Source: a plasmid. Taken from it: DNA of 64,000 nucleotides. How positions within the stretch are numbered: position 1 is the first letter of the stretch; the number at the start of each line of letters is the position of its first letter. The notes beneath the pieces are model-generated. The model made no database searches and was not told where the DNA came from. It worked only from the letters and a program-made list of their open reading frames with translations. The stretch lies in sequence record NZ_CP025492.2. The stretch is one strand, 5' to 3'. Of this stretch, positions 1 through 10,949 are shown one piece after another. The translations under genes and the position numbers were made by a program.

Positions 1-670
1 CACAACACCTGACATCCGAATCATTCGCCATGTCCTTAAAAATTCACATGATCTTCTCATCAAAGAAGCGGAAACACGAGAAGGTATGAAAGGCTTTAAA
101 GCACTGGACATGGAACTATTGCGCAAATGCCCCTGTGCCTTGTTTCTTTATCGTCCGCTTAAGCACACGCAACAGGATATTCGCATTGCAGTGGCTATTG
201 ATCCCAAAGATGAAGAAGCAGAAGCCCTGGACCTTTCGCTTCGCTTATTAGAAGTTGCTCATTCATTAAACGTCCGTTATCAGGGTAAATTAAGTATTAT
301 TTCCTGTTGGGAATTTGCGCTGGAAAGTTACTTACGGGATAGTGTGTGGTTAAAAATATCTAAAGAAGAATTAGATAGAATAGTCGCTGAAGAAAAACAT
401 GTTCATGGATTGCTCTTGCAAGAGCTCATTAAACGGTCTCAAATTTCTGGAGCATACCAAATTGACCATCTGAAAGGACAACCAGAAGAGGTTATCCCCG
501 CCATCATAACCCATAAAAGAATCGATATTTTGGTGATGGGCACCGTCGCACGCACCGGGATATCTGGATTTATGATTGGCAATACTGCGGAAAACATCTT
601 GCAAGACATTGATTGCTCGTTACTGGCATTAAAACCACAAGGTTTTGTATCCCCAGTAAAAGCCTATTAA
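1..670 (+). CDS. Universal stress protein (UspA family), 5' partial. The frame is open from the window start.
   Basis: The C-terminal USP motif (ILVMGTVARTGISGFMIGNTAENIL) is present. The reading frame stays open upstream of the first ATG (86) back to the window edge. A tandem-USP architecture is likely. Confidence 0.6.
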   Translation, partial: TTPDIRIIRHVLKNSHDLLIKEAETREGMKGFKALDMELLRKCPCALFLYRPLKHTQQDIRIAVAIDPKDEEAEALDLSLRLLEVAHSLNVRYQGKLSIISCWEFALESYLRDSVWLKISKEELDRIVAEEKHVHGLLLQELIKRSQISGAYQIDHLKGQPEEVIPAIITHKRIDILVMGTVARTGISGFMIGNTAENILQDIDCSLLALKPQGFVSPVKAY

Positions 671-687
671 TCAGGGAAAAGAGGACC

Positions 688-3408
688 ATGGTGGAATCAA
701 AAAACAACATCCCAGAGCTCTGCTGGCATGAGCAGTCAGCAGAAGCAATTCTCGCGACATTAAATACTACATCAGAATTCGGTTTAAGCGAGGACGAATC
801 GAAAAACAGATTAAAACGTTATGACCTCAATTGTTTACCGGAACCTCAAAGAAAAAATGTTTATTTTCGCTTCTTGCTCCAGTTTCATAACATCCTCATC
901 TATGTGTTACTAGGGGCTGCTCTGGTGACTTTACTCTTGCAACATTGGATAGATACTGGCGTTATTTTAGCAGTCGTCATCATCAATGCCCTAATCGGTT
1001 TTATCCAGGAAGGAAAAGCAGAAAAAGCACTGGACGCGATTCGGAAAATGCTGTCCCCTACGGCTACCGTATTACGGGATGGCGAACGACGGCGTATTGC
1101 TGGTGAGGAGCTTGTGCCAGGCGATATTGTTTTGCTGGAAGCAGGAGATAAAGTTCCTGCCGATGTACGCTTAATAAAATCTCATGGACTCACCATCCAG
1201 GAGGCCATCTTAACTGGTGAATCCATTCCGGTTGAAAAACACATTCATTCAGTCCCAAGAAATGCCGTATTAGGTGACAGGACTTGTATGGCATTTAGTG
1301 GGACCCTGGTAACCAATGGTCAGGGCAAAGGCATTGTGGTGGCCACAGGCTCATCCACTCAAATTGGACATATTAGTGGGCTATTGTCAAAAGTAGAGTC
1401 TTTAACCACACCCTTAGTCCTACAAATGGGGCTGTTTGCAAAATGGCTGACTTTGTTCATTTTATTGATTGCGGCACTCCTTCTTGCGTATGGGTATTTT
1501 GTTCAACATCACCCGTTTGTTGAATTGTTTATGGTCGTGGTTGGTTTATCGGTTGCGGCTATCCCGGAAGGTCTTCCTGCCGTTCTTTCAATTACCTTAG
1601 CTATTGGTGTGCAGGCTATGGCGCGACGACATACCATTGTACGTCGACTACCTGCCATTGAAACCTTAGGCGCGGTATCGGTTATCTGTACGGATAAAAC
1701 AGGTACCCTCACTCTAAATGAGATGACCGTGTCTTCGGTTATAACCAGCAGCCACCTATTTACTCTCGACAGCACCGGTTACGAGCCGGTCGGTGCCCTG
1801 ATGTTGAATGAACAAATCATTGATCATAACGAGCACCCTGTACTGAAAAAACTGGCCCATGCAGCAATTCTTTGCAATGACGCCATGCTTCGTGAACATG
1901 AAGGATGTTGGTCTGTGGATGGGGACCCTATGGAGGGCGCTTTGTTAACCTTTGCAGGTAAGACGGGACTTGTCCTTAAAGAGGAAAACGAATCCTGGAG
2001 GCGTACCGATATCATTCCTTTTGATGCCAAGCATCGCTTCATGGCAACTCTTCACCACGACCATTTCAATCATGCGATGGTCATGGTGAAGGGAGCTCCT
2101 GAGCAGATTTTGGGTATGTGTCAAGTTCAACAAACAGACTGGGGTGGAACAGAGCCATTAAATGAGTCTTACTGGAAAGAGCAGATGGAAATGATTGCAG
2201 CAAGTGGACAGCGCATCCTCGCTTTTGCTGTCAGAAAAATAAAGCCAGAACATATCGTTTTGGAGTTCGCTGATGTTGAAGGGAATCTCACGTTACTTGG
2301 GATGGTTGGACTGATTGATCCGCCCAGACCTGAAGCCATTGCAGCAGTGGCAGAATGCCATACAGCGGGCATTCAAGTAAAAATGATCACAGGCGATCAT
2401 GCCAGTACAGCGGTTGCTATTGGCCGGCAAATAGGACTTAAAAATTTGGATAAGGTATTAACAGACATTGATTTGGATAACATGGATGACGCCGTACTCA
2501 GAAATGCTGTATTGCTAACCGATATTTTTGCCCGAACAAGTCCTGAACATAAACTAAGGCTGGTGATGGCATTGCAATCACATGGAATGACTGTGGCCAT
2601 GACCGGCGATGGGGTCAATGATGCGCCTGCGTTAAAACGAGCAGATGCAGGAATTGCTATGGGGAGAAAAGGCAGTGAAGTCGCCAAAGAGGCGGCTGAA
2701 TTTGTACTGGTGGATGATAATTTTGCTTCCATTGTAGCCGCTGTACGTGAAGGCCGTACTGTTTATGATAATCTTAAAAAAGTGATTAGCTGGACTTTAC
2801 CCACCAATGCGGGTGAGTCAATGACGATTATCCTGGCTCTGCTGTTAGGTCTAAGCTTGCCGGTAACGCCGATTCAAATTTTATGGATCAACCTGATTAC
2901 CGCAGTGACTCTTGGCATTGCCCTGGCCTTTGAGCCGACCGAAGAAGGGACCATGCAAAGACCACCACGCCCTCGAAACGAGCCTTTACTGACCGGCAGC
3001 TTGGTATGGCATATGCTTCTGGTTTCTATTCTCTTTATTTGTGGCGTCTTTGGACTCTATTTTTATGCGCTCGATCGCGGTTACTCGCTTGAGTTGGCAC
3101 GCACAATCGCATTAAACACACTGGTTGTTCTTGAGATTTTTCATTTGTTTTATATTCGCAATATTTATGGAACATCACTCACATGGAACGCAGTACAAGG
3201 GACCAAAGTGGTTTGGATGGCGGTCATTGTGATTACTGTGGCACAGTTTGCAATCACCTATTTCGCTCCTTTACAAACCATATTTGTTACTGAAAGTATC
3301 CCCTTTGGGGATGGCGTACTCGTCGTTCTAACCGGCGCACTGTTTTTTGCTGTGCTTGAAATTGAAAAGCAACTGCGGTTAAAGCTGATTGCTGTTCGCA
3401 AGAGTTAG
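688..3408 (+). CDS. Cation-transporting P-type ATPase (type II, Ca2+/Mg2+ family)
   Basis: DKTGTLT phosphorylation motif, TGDGVNDAPAL hinge motif, an N-terminal cation-ATPase N domain and 10 predicted TM helices. An RBS (aaagagga) precedes the ATG at 688, whereas the longer ORF start at 613 overlaps the usp gene. Confidence 0.85.
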   Translation: MVESKNNIPELCWHEQSAEAILATLNTTSEFGLSEDESKNRLKRYDLNCLPEPQRKNVYFRFLLQFHNILIYVLLGAALVTLLLQHWIDTGVILAVVIINALIGFIQEGKAEKALDAIRKMLSPTATVLRDGERRRIAGEELVPGDIVLLEAGDKVPADVRLIKSHGLTIQEAILTGESIPVEKHIHSVPRNAVLGDRTCMAFSGTLVTNGQGKGIVVATGSSTQIGHISGLLSKVESLTTPLVLQMGLFAKWLTLFILLIAALLLAYGYFVQHHPFVELFMVVVGLSVAAIPEGLPAVLSITLAIGVQAMARRHTIVRRLPAIETLGAVSVICTDKTGTLTLNEMTVSSVITSSHLFTLDSTGYEPVGALMLNEQIIDHNEHPVLKKLAHAAILCNDAMLREHEGCWSVDGDPMEGALLTFAGKTGLVLKEENESWRRTDIIPFDAKHRFMATLHHDHFNHAMVMVKGAPEQILGMCQVQQTDWGGTEPLNESYWKEQMEMIAASGQRILAFAVRKIKPEHIVLEFADVEGNLTLLGMVGLIDPPRPEAIAAVAECHTAGIQVKMITGDHASTAVAIGRQIGLKNLDKVLTDIDLDNMDDAVLRNAVLLTDIFARTSPEHKLRLVMALQSHGMTVAMTGDGVNDAPALKRADAGIAMGRKGSEVAKEAAEFVLVDDNFASIVAAVREGRTVYDNLKKVISWTLPTNAGESMTIILALLLGLSLPVTPIQILWINLITAVTLGIALAFEPTEEGTMQRPPRPRNEPLLTGSLVWHMLLVSILFICGVFGLYFYALDRGYSLELARTIALNTLVVLEIFHLFYIRNIYGTSLTWNAVQGTKVVWMAVIVITVAQFAITYFAPLQTIFVTESIPFGDGVLVVLTGALFFAVLEIEKQLRLKLIAVRKS

Positions 3409-3410
3409 AC

Positions 3411-3695
3411 TTAAAGAAAATCCATATGACTCATTTGCTTTTCTACAATATTTAATACATTAATAGTTGCTTTGATGTATTGACCATCGAGAAATGTTTT
3501 GTGTGCTTTATTAAAATCTGCAACAAACTCTCTTCCAAGACTTTTACATTCATCAAAGTTTGTTCGATTCATTGTCGCAGTTATTGTGCTATTAAAATCT
3601 TCTACATTATGACTAATGTATTTTTTGGTTAATTCTGCACATGCCGTGGAAATGTGAATAAAAATGAGTAAAGAAATAGTTAATATTCTGTCCAT
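3411..3695 (-). CDS. Small hypothetical secreted protein (signal peptide)
   Basis: ORF with an N-terminal hydrophobic leader, lying in an AT-rich islet between the ATPase and the FIST gene. Confidence 0.3.
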   Translation of the reverse strand: MDRILTISLLIFIHISTACAELTKKYISHNVEDFNSTITATMNRTNFDECKSLGREFVADFNKAHKTFLDGQYIKATINVLNIVEKQMSHMDFL

Positions 3696-3925
3696 AGTGA
3701 TCGTTATATACCCGAGTCATAACAGGGCGTGAATTATATACGAAGATGAACTGAATTCAGAGTATATTAAAGATTAAATATCCTTTACAGCGCATTCAAC
3801 GGACTTTAGTAAAGCATGTTTCAATTCATTGGCGCAGATTGGGTTAATTTGTAGATGGCGGTAATAAATCATAGGTGACGTGGTCAAATCTATGAAACTA
3901 CGTCATTTTTTATACATAATTTGCT

Positions 3926-4216
3926 TTAAAAAAGAGGATATTGAATGTCTACGGTGCCTATTTCGTTAATTAAATTATAATAGTTTTCATTTGTAGAGTA
4001 TGTTAGCGTCAAGAAAGATGTATCTTGTTTGTGGTCTAAGCTAATTGTGGTATGTTCAAATCCTCCTGGAAATACAATTGAAGGTGTGTCTTTTTTTGTA
4101 AGTTTAGTATCGATTTCAAATCCAAGAAAAAGATAATAATTTTCATTTCCTTTTATAAAGGCATTTTCTATCATGACTCCCTTCAAGTCGGTGTCATTGT
4201 TTCTTTTAAAAAACAT
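3926..4216 (-). CDS. Hypothetical protein. It may extend upstream with a non-ATG start.
   Basis: ORF in an AT-rich segment with no recognisable domain. Confidence 0.25.
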   Translation of the reverse strand: MFFKRNNDTDLKGVMIENAFIKGNENYYLFLGFEIDTKLTKKDTPSIVFPGGFEHTTISLDHKQDTSFLTLTYSTNENYYNLINEIGTVDIQYPLF

Positions 4217-4635
4217 AACTGGTTCGCCTTTGGAATTGTATTCTCTTAAGTGTTGTTTTAAATAAGTATCATTGTACCAATATGCCGTAAACTTTAAATT
4301 TAAAAATTCAGGTATTTGGATGTCATAGAAAGTTTTTTTATCATTTGCATTGTGTGTGTCGATTGGTTTTTCTTAACTACGTGGGTATCAAGTACAGACT
4401 TATTATTTTAATCTAACAGAAGAATTAATTTTGGGAAAAATAGATGGTTTGGATTACATCTTAAGCAAATCAGCAACCCGCAATTCCTGCAAGTGGGGTT
4501 CGCCTATTGCCTCATAAGTGAATGTTACCGAAGGGTCTTTCGAATATCTAATTTTGAATATCTCATTTTATTAATATATTTTAAAATGGGCTATAATTGA
4601 TTATTCGAAAGTTAAATTGAAATGACATTAGTATA

Positions 4636-5802
4636 ATGAAAATTCAATCTTTTCAATACATCCAAAATCTGGGATGGAGCATTCAGAAATTTCCTGAACT
4701 GGACTCCGAAAGTACATTCGTTTTAGTTTTTGCCAGTCCAAACTTTAGAAATAATGCAAAACCAATTGAACAATTAGCCCAAGCTTATAAAAAATCAAAA
4801 ATCATAGGTTGTTCCACCGCAGGGGAAATTTTGGGGCCTAATATTTTTGATAACAGTATTTCCGTTGCTGTGGTTCAATTTGAATCCACAAAACTACAGC
4901 TCGCAAAGGCTGAAGTAAAAAGAACTGAAGATTCTTACGAGGCCGGTGCCCAATTGGCAAAATTATTGCATCAACATCAGAAACCCAAGGGTATTTTTAT
5001 TTTGTCTGACGGCTTACATGTTAATGGTTCCGAATTAATCAAGGGCTTAAACAAACACTCAGCTAAAGAAGTCATTATTACTGGAGGACTTGCTGGTGAC
5101 GGTGCTGATTTTAAAAATACCTGGCTTATCTATGAAGGACAAATCGTTGACCACTGCATTGCAGCCATAGGGTTTTATGGCGAGCAAATCCACATAGGAT
5201 ATGGGTCGCAAGGCGGTTGGGATATTTTTGGTCCAGAAAGATTCATTACCCACTCTAAAGGAAATATTCTTTATGAATTAGACCATCAACCGGCATTAAA
5301 ACTCTATAAAGCTTATCTTGGTGAGAGGGCTTCTGAATTACCGGCTTCTGGTTTGCTTTACCCACTTGCTATCCGTAATTATTTTGATCCAGATTCTCAG
5401 TATATTGTACGCACTATTTTGGGTATTGATGAAAACAGCCAATCCTTAGTTTTTGCTGGAGACGTACCTCAAGGATACCATGCTCGATTAATGCGTGCCA
5501 ATTTTGATAGACTCATTGAAAGTGCGAATGATGCAAGTGAAAGCGCTAATAATCTTCTTTTTGAAAATAGGGACTTAAAAGAAGAGCCCGTTTTGGCAAT
5601 TGATATTAGTTGTGTTGGCAGAAGACTACTATTAGGTGAGCGCACTGAGGAAGAAACAGAAACTACATTGCAATCAATGCCCAAGGGATCAACTCAAATT
5701 GGCTTTTACTCTTATGGTGAATTGTCACCATTGACCGTTGGCAATTGTGAATTACATAACCAAACAATGACCATTACTCTTTTATTAGAGAACCATAGGT
5801 AA
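4636..5802 (+). CDS. FIST-domain sensor protein (FIST N plus FIST C)
   Basis: The length and motifs (IIGCSTAGEI, GGLAGDG, FYSYGE) are typical of FIST_N/FIST_C proteins. An A-rich RBS lies upstream. Confidence 0.6.
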   Translation: MKIQSFQYIQNLGWSIQKFPELDSESTFVLVFASPNFRNNAKPIEQLAQAYKKSKIIGCSTAGEILGPNIFDNSISVAVVQFESTKLQLAKAEVKRTEDSYEAGAQLAKLLHQHQKPKGIFILSDGLHVNGSELIKGLNKHSAKEVIITGGLAGDGADFKNTWLIYEGQIVDHCIAAIGFYGEQIHIGYGSQGGWDIFGPERFITHSKGNILYELDHQPALKLYKAYLGERASELPASGLLYPLAIRNYFDPDSQYIVRTILGIDENSQSLVFAGDVPQGYHARLMRANFDRLIESANDASESANNLLFENRDLKEEPVLAIDISCVGRRLLLGERTEEETETTLQSMPKGSTQIGFYSYGELSPLTVGNCELHNQTMTITLLLENHR

Positions 5803-5884
5803 TGGACTATAAAAATATGTATCCAATTCCGCTTTTCAAAGCCATTTTGTTTGCTCACAATCAACGAAAGAGAAATGAGCCGCC

Positions 5885-7414
5885 TCACTCGCTGACAATA
5901 GAGGTAGCTGGCGAATTATTTTGTTTCAACAATAATACAAAAGGTAACATAATCAGAAAACTCCACATGATAAACGCGAATGTATTGATATAAGAGAGCA
6001 TTAGCGATTGTTTACCTAGCTCATTCAATAATAAGGCAGCGGCTTGTGGATCCGTGGCTTTAAGATGCCAGGGGCGTAGGTATTCCATTAATGCTGGATT
6101 GTAGGGTTGAATTGAGCCTGCGATTTGATTCCAGGCCATTTGAGTGTGGCGACTTAAGAAGGTGATAGTAATGGAAATCCCTACAGAAGAGCCTATGGTA
6201 CGTAATAGGCTGTACAGTCCAGCCGCTTCGGCACGAGAAGAAACCGGTAAGGTTGAAAATGCTACAGAGGATAATGGAACGAAAATCAAGCCCAATCCAA
6301 ATCCTTGGAGTATTAATGGCCAAATGAGCCAGGCTAGACTAACCTCTTGGGAGTAATGAGTCGTGATATAAATCCCGGAAGCACTGAGTAACACTCCTAT
6401 CGAAATTAACCAGCGAGGTTGAACTTGATTAATTAATTTACCAACAATCATCATGCTGAACATACTGGCAATCCCGCGGGGCGCCATGATTAATCCTGCG
6501 ATTAAAACGGGATAATTCAGTAAACCTTGTAGCATTTGGGGTTGGATAACCATTGTTCCATACATACCCAATCCCAAGATGGCCAGTAATAGACTGGAAA
6601 GAACAAAATTACGATCTTGAAAAATAGAAAGGTCAAAGAGGGCATTGGATTTGTTTTTGATGCTGTACGCTATGAATCCACATAAACTGATGAGACCTAA
6701 AAATGTGGCAGTGCGAATATCCAAGGCGGCAAACCAATCCATTTGATTGCCGCGATCAAGAACATATTGAATGGAGCCTACTGCCAACGCAATGAGTATC
6801 ATGCCAATCCAATCCATCTTGCGTTCCTTTTTAAGAGTATCCGGAACAAAATGGAATACCATCAGTGTTGCCGCAATCCCAAATGGAATATTGACATAAA
6901 ATGTCCATCGCCAACTGGCAATGTCAGTAAGATACCCACCCAGCGACGGACCTAAGATAGGGCCTACCATGACGCCCATACCCCAAATGGCCATGGCTTT
7001 ACCGCGTTCATTATCTGGAAAAATGTCAGTCAAAATGGCTTGGGATAAAGGAACCAACCCAGCACCAAAAATGCCTTGAAGCAATCTAAATACCACCATT
7101 TGTACGATAGAGGTTGCTGCACCACACAAAGCGGAGGTAAGGGTAAACCCTATAATTGATAAAAGAAGGTAGGCTTTTCGGCCAAACCTATCTGTAAAAT
7201 AACCGGTTAAAGGCATGAAAATGGCAGAAGCTACTAAATAACTGGTTAAGGTCCAGGTTATTTCATCGGGGCTTGCGCCTAATGAACCCTGCATATGAGG
7301 CAGTGCGACATTAACTATGGTCGTGTCCAATACTTGCATCAGGGTAGCTGCCATGATGGCTACGGTAATTATCCAGCGTTGTGAGGCGGATAAAGAGTCC
7401 GAAGGATTATTCAT
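5885..7414 (-). CDS. emrB: MFS drug efflux transporter, DHA2 (EmrB/QacA) family, 14 TMS
   Basis: 509 aa with MFS motifs (GPxLGPxLGG, LDTTIVNVALP), translationally coupled to the upstream HlyD gene. Confidence 0.8.
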   Translation of the reverse strand: MNNPSDSLSASQRWIITVAIMAATLMQVLDTTIVNVALPHMQGSLGASPDEITWTLTSYLVASAIFMPLTGYFTDRFGRKAYLLLSIIGFTLTSALCGAATSIVQMVVFRLLQGIFGAGLVPLSQAILTDIFPDNERGKAMAIWGMGVMVGPILGPSLGGYLTDIASWRWTFYVNIPFGIAATLMVFHFVPDTLKKERKMDWIGMILIALAVGSIQYVLDRGNQMDWFAALDIRTATFLGLISLCGFIAYSIKNKSNALFDLSIFQDRNFVLSSLLLAILGLGMYGTMVIQPQMLQGLLNYPVLIAGLIMAPRGIASMFSMMIVGKLINQVQPRWLISIGVLLSASGIYITTHYSQEVSLAWLIWPLILQGFGLGLIFVPLSSVAFSTLPVSSRAEAAGLYSLLRTIGSSVGISITITFLSRHTQMAWNQIAGSIQPYNPALMEYLRPWHLKATDPQAAALLLNELGKQSLMLSYINTFAFIMWSFLIMLPFVLLLKQNNSPATSIVSE

Positions 7415-8334
7415 GAGGTTTTACTCACTTGCTTGGACTGTAAATCGATGGATACCTTGGCTGAAGTGCCCAGGCGCAAAGGATATTGGGAGTCCGGTTT
7501 GATGATTTGCACGCGGACAGGGACGCGTTGTGTTACTTTGACCCAGTTTCCAGTGGCATTTTGTGGTGGCATTAATGAAAACGCCGTGCCGCTTCCACCG
7601 CTAATGCTGTTGACCACCCCAATGAATTGTTTATGGGGATACATGTCGATTTTAATGGTTGCTCGTTGATTTGGTTGGATGTGTTCCAGTTCTGTTTCTT
7701 TAAAATTAGCATCCACCCAAAAGGTGGTGTCATCAATCATCGCAAACAGGGGCTGGTTTTCTGAAACGACATTGCCCACCCTGAGAGACAGGTTGCTCAC
7801 CCAACCACTTGTTGGAGCGAGCACACGGGCATAGGATAGTCTCAATTTGGCTTCTTTGAGTTTGGCTTCTGAAAGTCTCAAAGCTGCTTTGGCGCTTTTA
7901 AGTTTTGCTTTAACATCATCTCCGGCTTGACGAGACATCACTTCGCTTTTGACTAACTCTCGGGTTCGAATGGAAGTGGCTTCGGCATGTTGCAGATTGG
8001 TCTTATCAATGAGATATTGGGCCTCAGCTTGTTCCACTGCGACTTCAAAAGGCGTGCGGTCTAACTCAAACAGCAGTTGCCCTTTTTCAACAAATTGATT
8101 GTTCTCCACATAGAGGTGTTTTACCGGGCCGGTTACTCGGGATGCAATTTGGACTACATTTCCATTAATATAGGCATCTTCTGTACTGACATACCGTTGA
8201 GCAAGAGTCCAGAAATAAATGCTGGCTAAGGTGATTAATGTGAGACTTAAGACGATTAGAAAACGTTTCCATGAATGCGTTTTATTGCGCCACTTGTGCA
8301 GGATTGATTTCTTCAGAAGGGTTGGGTTATTCAT
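7411..8334 (-). CDS. emrA: EmrA/HlyD-family membrane fusion protein
   Basis: N-terminal TM anchor, coiled-coil and lipoyl/beta-barrel HlyD motifs. The preferred start is ATG at 8334 (MNNPTLLKK), which overlaps the marR stop by 8 nt, whereas the ORF-track start at 8376 would overlap marR by 50 nt. Confidence 0.8.
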   Translation of the reverse strand: MNNPTLLKKSILHKWRNKTHSWKRFLIVLSLTLITLASIYFWTLAQRYVSTEDAYINGNVVQIASRVTGPVKHLYVENNQFVEKGQLLFELDRTPFEVAVEQAEAQYLIDKTNLQHAEATSIRTRELVKSEVMSRQAGDDVKAKLKSAKAALRLSEAKLKEAKLRLSYARVLAPTSGWVSNLSLRVGNVVSENQPLFAMIDDTTFWVDANFKETELEHIQPNQRATIKIDMYPHKQFIGVVNSISGGSGTAFSLMPPQNATGNWVKVTQRVPVRVQIIKPDSQYPLRLGTSAKVSIDLQSKQVSKTS

Positions 8335-8791
8335 AAGATTCCTCGGCGGTTTTCTTAATTTTTTGTAGTGTGGCAATACATGCTTCTAATTCTGCTTCAG
8401 ATAAAGGAGCAAGTAATTCCTTAGAAAGTTCCTCTGCGGTATTTTGTATCTGGTCAAGAGTCAATGTGGCTTTTTCAGTAAGGCAGATGACTTTGACGCG
8501 GCGATCGTAGTCTGCATCTTGTCGAATCACCCATCCTTCTTTAGTGAGGCGATCGATTAAACCGACAATAGTCGGCGCCTCAATGCCTAGCTTTTTAGCA
8601 AGTTGGATTTGTGTCAATGGGTATTTCGTCATGGAGAGAAGGAGCAATGCCCGCCATTTTGCCTGGCTAAGGCCTAATGGTTTTAAGCGTTTATCAAGTA
8701 AATTTCGCCAAGTGGCTGCGGTTTCATATAATACCATAGGGAACGCGTTCATATTGTATAGCCCGTTGTTAACTAATGATTTGTAACTCAT
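8327..8791 (-). CDS. MarR-family transcriptional repressor (EmrR-like)
   Basis: Winged-helix MarR signature (LTQIQLAKKLGIEAPTIVGLIDRLTKEGWV). It sits between the OMF and emrAB genes. Confidence 0.75.
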   Translation of the reverse strand: MSYKSLVNNGLYNMNAFPMVLYETAATWRNLLDKRLKPLGLSQAKWRALLLLSMTKYPLTQIQLAKKLGIEAPTIVGLIDRLTKEGWVIRQDADYDRRVKVICLTEKATLTLDQIQNTAEELSKELLAPLSEAELEACIATLQKIKKTAEESYE

Positions 8792-8948
8792 TTCATTTAA
8801 TTCTAAAATTTTCTCTGACTTAGTTAAAAAAGGAAAAAGTATTTCAATTCATTCACAGAGCGAATGACCCCCATTTTTTGCACATTCCTTATTTTTGCTA
8901 GTTCATTAATCCACCTCATTGATTCCTAATAAACAAGGTGCACGAGGT

Positions 8949-10388
8949 TTAAGGATAGAGCCCTCCACCTAAAGCAAGATACAGTTGAATGGTGTCTTGA
9001 TACCTTTGTGCTTGAGCATTGACATAGCCCAAACGCGATTGAGCATACAATCGTTCCGCATCAAGCACTTCTAAAACGCCAACCACGCCTGCAGTAAAGC
9101 TCAATCTGGCCACACGTAGAGACTCTTTGGCGGTCAGCACCGCTTTTTTCTGTAATGCAAGTTCCTCTGCATCGTGTTTTAAGGCATACAACAGGTCGCT
9201 CACTTGATAAAATGCTTTAAGTACTATGTGTTGGTATTGAGCCAAAACCGATTGGTAGGCATGGATGGAGGCTCGGCGTTGTGCACGCAATGTCCCTCCA
9301 GAAAAAACAGGAGTTGTTAAATTACTCAAAAGACTCCATGCATTAGGAGAAATACTTGATAGAGCGCTGGGAATTACTCCCTCCTGTAAGAGTGTGGCAG
9401 AAAGGGTGATGTTGGGATAAAGACGTGCCGTAGCGATTCCAACATCCGCACTGGCTGCATGCAAACTCGCTTCCGCAGCGAGGATATCCGGCCTTTTATG
9501 AGCAAGCGTTGATGGCAGTTCTAATGGCAGTTTTTTAGGCAAAGTAAAGTCTTTTAACTGAAAAACTAAATCCTTCTGTGAACGCGGTGGCAGTGTACCT
9601 AAAAGAACATTGAGTGTGTTTTGTGCAACACGAAGTTGTTGATAGAGAGAGGGCAATAAAGTTTCATCATTGGTTAACTGGCTTTGCGCGCTTAAAACAT
9701 CACTTCGAGAAGACGAACCCACACTAAAGGATTTTTGAATCAGCTGTAGATTTTTCTTGTCATCCTGGATAATGTCCTTAAGTACATCGATGCGTGCTTT
9801 TATTGTCGCAAGGGTTAAAGACGTTGTGGCGATGTTACCGGTTAATGTCAAAAATGCGGCATCCAGCTCATGTTGTTGATATAAAGCTAATGCCTTTTGC
9901 TTTTCAATGGTGCGACGTGTTCCACCAAAGACATCGAGCGTATAAGAAGCATTAGGACCTATTTGATAATAGGAAAAGGGTTCAATTCGGAGATTAACGG
10001 GTCCAAATGTGGCAGGACCATATTGTTGCCTTCCGACGGTCGCATTGAGCCCGGCTTGAGGCCATAACTGGCCTTGGGAGGCCGCAACCAACTCTTTGGC
10101 TTGTGCCAAGGATTCTCGCATGGCCGCCAGAGAATAATTATGCTGGATGCCTTGCTCCATCAGGTGATTGAGCGCTGGGGAATGAAATTCTTTCCACCAG
10201 GTTCGTGACGTTTTATTCTTCAGTGCTACGTGTTGATTGCCCAATTGATATGTTGATTTAGAGGTGTAGGCTTGGTTTCTTAATGGTGAGGGTCTTACAA
10301 AATCAGGCCCAACAGTGCATGAGCATAAAGCCATTGCCCCTGTTAACCCAATCAACTTGTGGTAAGCGGATTTCATATGCTTCTCCAT
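8949..10388 (-). CDS. Outer membrane efflux lipoprotein, NodT/OprM (TolC-like) family
   Basis: Lipobox (LCSCTVG) and two OEP repeats. It is the first gene of the OMF-marR-emrA-emrB operon. Confidence 0.8.
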   Translation of the reverse strand: MEKHMKSAYHKLIGLTGAMALCSCTVGPDFVRPSPLRNQAYTSKSTYQLGNQHVALKNKTSRTWWKEFHSPALNHLMEQGIQHNYSLAAMRESLAQAKELVAASQGQLWPQAGLNATVGRQQYGPATFGPVNLRIEPFSYYQIGPNASYTLDVFGGTRRTIEKQKALALYQQHELDAAFLTLTGNIATTSLTLATIKARIDVLKDIIQDDKKNLQLIQKSFSVGSSSRSDVLSAQSQLTNDETLLPSLYQQLRVAQNTLNVLLGTLPPRSQKDLVFQLKDFTLPKKLPLELPSTLAHKRPDILAAEASLHAASADVGIATARLYPNITLSATLLQEGVIPSALSSISPNAWSLLSNLTTPVFSGGTLRAQRRASIHAYQSVLAQYQHIVLKAFYQVSDLLYALKHDAEELALQKKAVLTAKESLRVARLSFTAGVVGVLEVLDAERLYAQSRLGYVNAQAQRYQDTIQLYLALGGGLYP

Positions 10389-10949
10389 TTCAATCTGGAG
10401 GACACAGGGTGGATAGGGATTCTCTTACAATCAAGGGATGTTGCCCCAGCAGGTTTTAAGTACGATTTATTCATGACCTGCCCTACTCTGAGTCGCTTAA
10501 TTGACGTCTCAAAGAGGGTAGGATGCTGCGTAAGGAGCAATGGATTTTTTACCCTTAAGAAGGGGAATAGCCAGGCTCGATGGGCCTGACCAAAATTCAA
10601 CTGTTTTGAGATTGTATCGAGCAAATAGAGCCAACCAAGGCTAATTTCATGCACTAACAGAGTGAAGCGCCTCATTTCCAAAAACCAATTAACAAACTAA
10701 TAATTAGCATGCTAACATAAATTAAAATCAAGCGATAGAGGATAAGCGCTTAAAATATTATCTCAATTAGTGAATTAGAGCGGATGGCTTCTTCTTTCTC
10801 CGCAAAGCTTTATTTATTTGGATTAAGTAAGCTATGATGCAAGGTGGCTGCGATTAGAGAATTTATTCACAAGTTGCAGTGATAGAACAAGAATTAACTC
10901 TTTATTTTCTCGAAAAGGCAACACCTAATTCCATTGCTGGAGCAACAAA

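Noticed and set aside
10359-10681. ORFs in the 560-bp intergenic region between the OMF gene and the CaCA gene
   Set aside because: The ORFs overlap each other in different frames and also overlap the OMF start. This is more likely a promoter/regulatory region, and no domain is recognisable.
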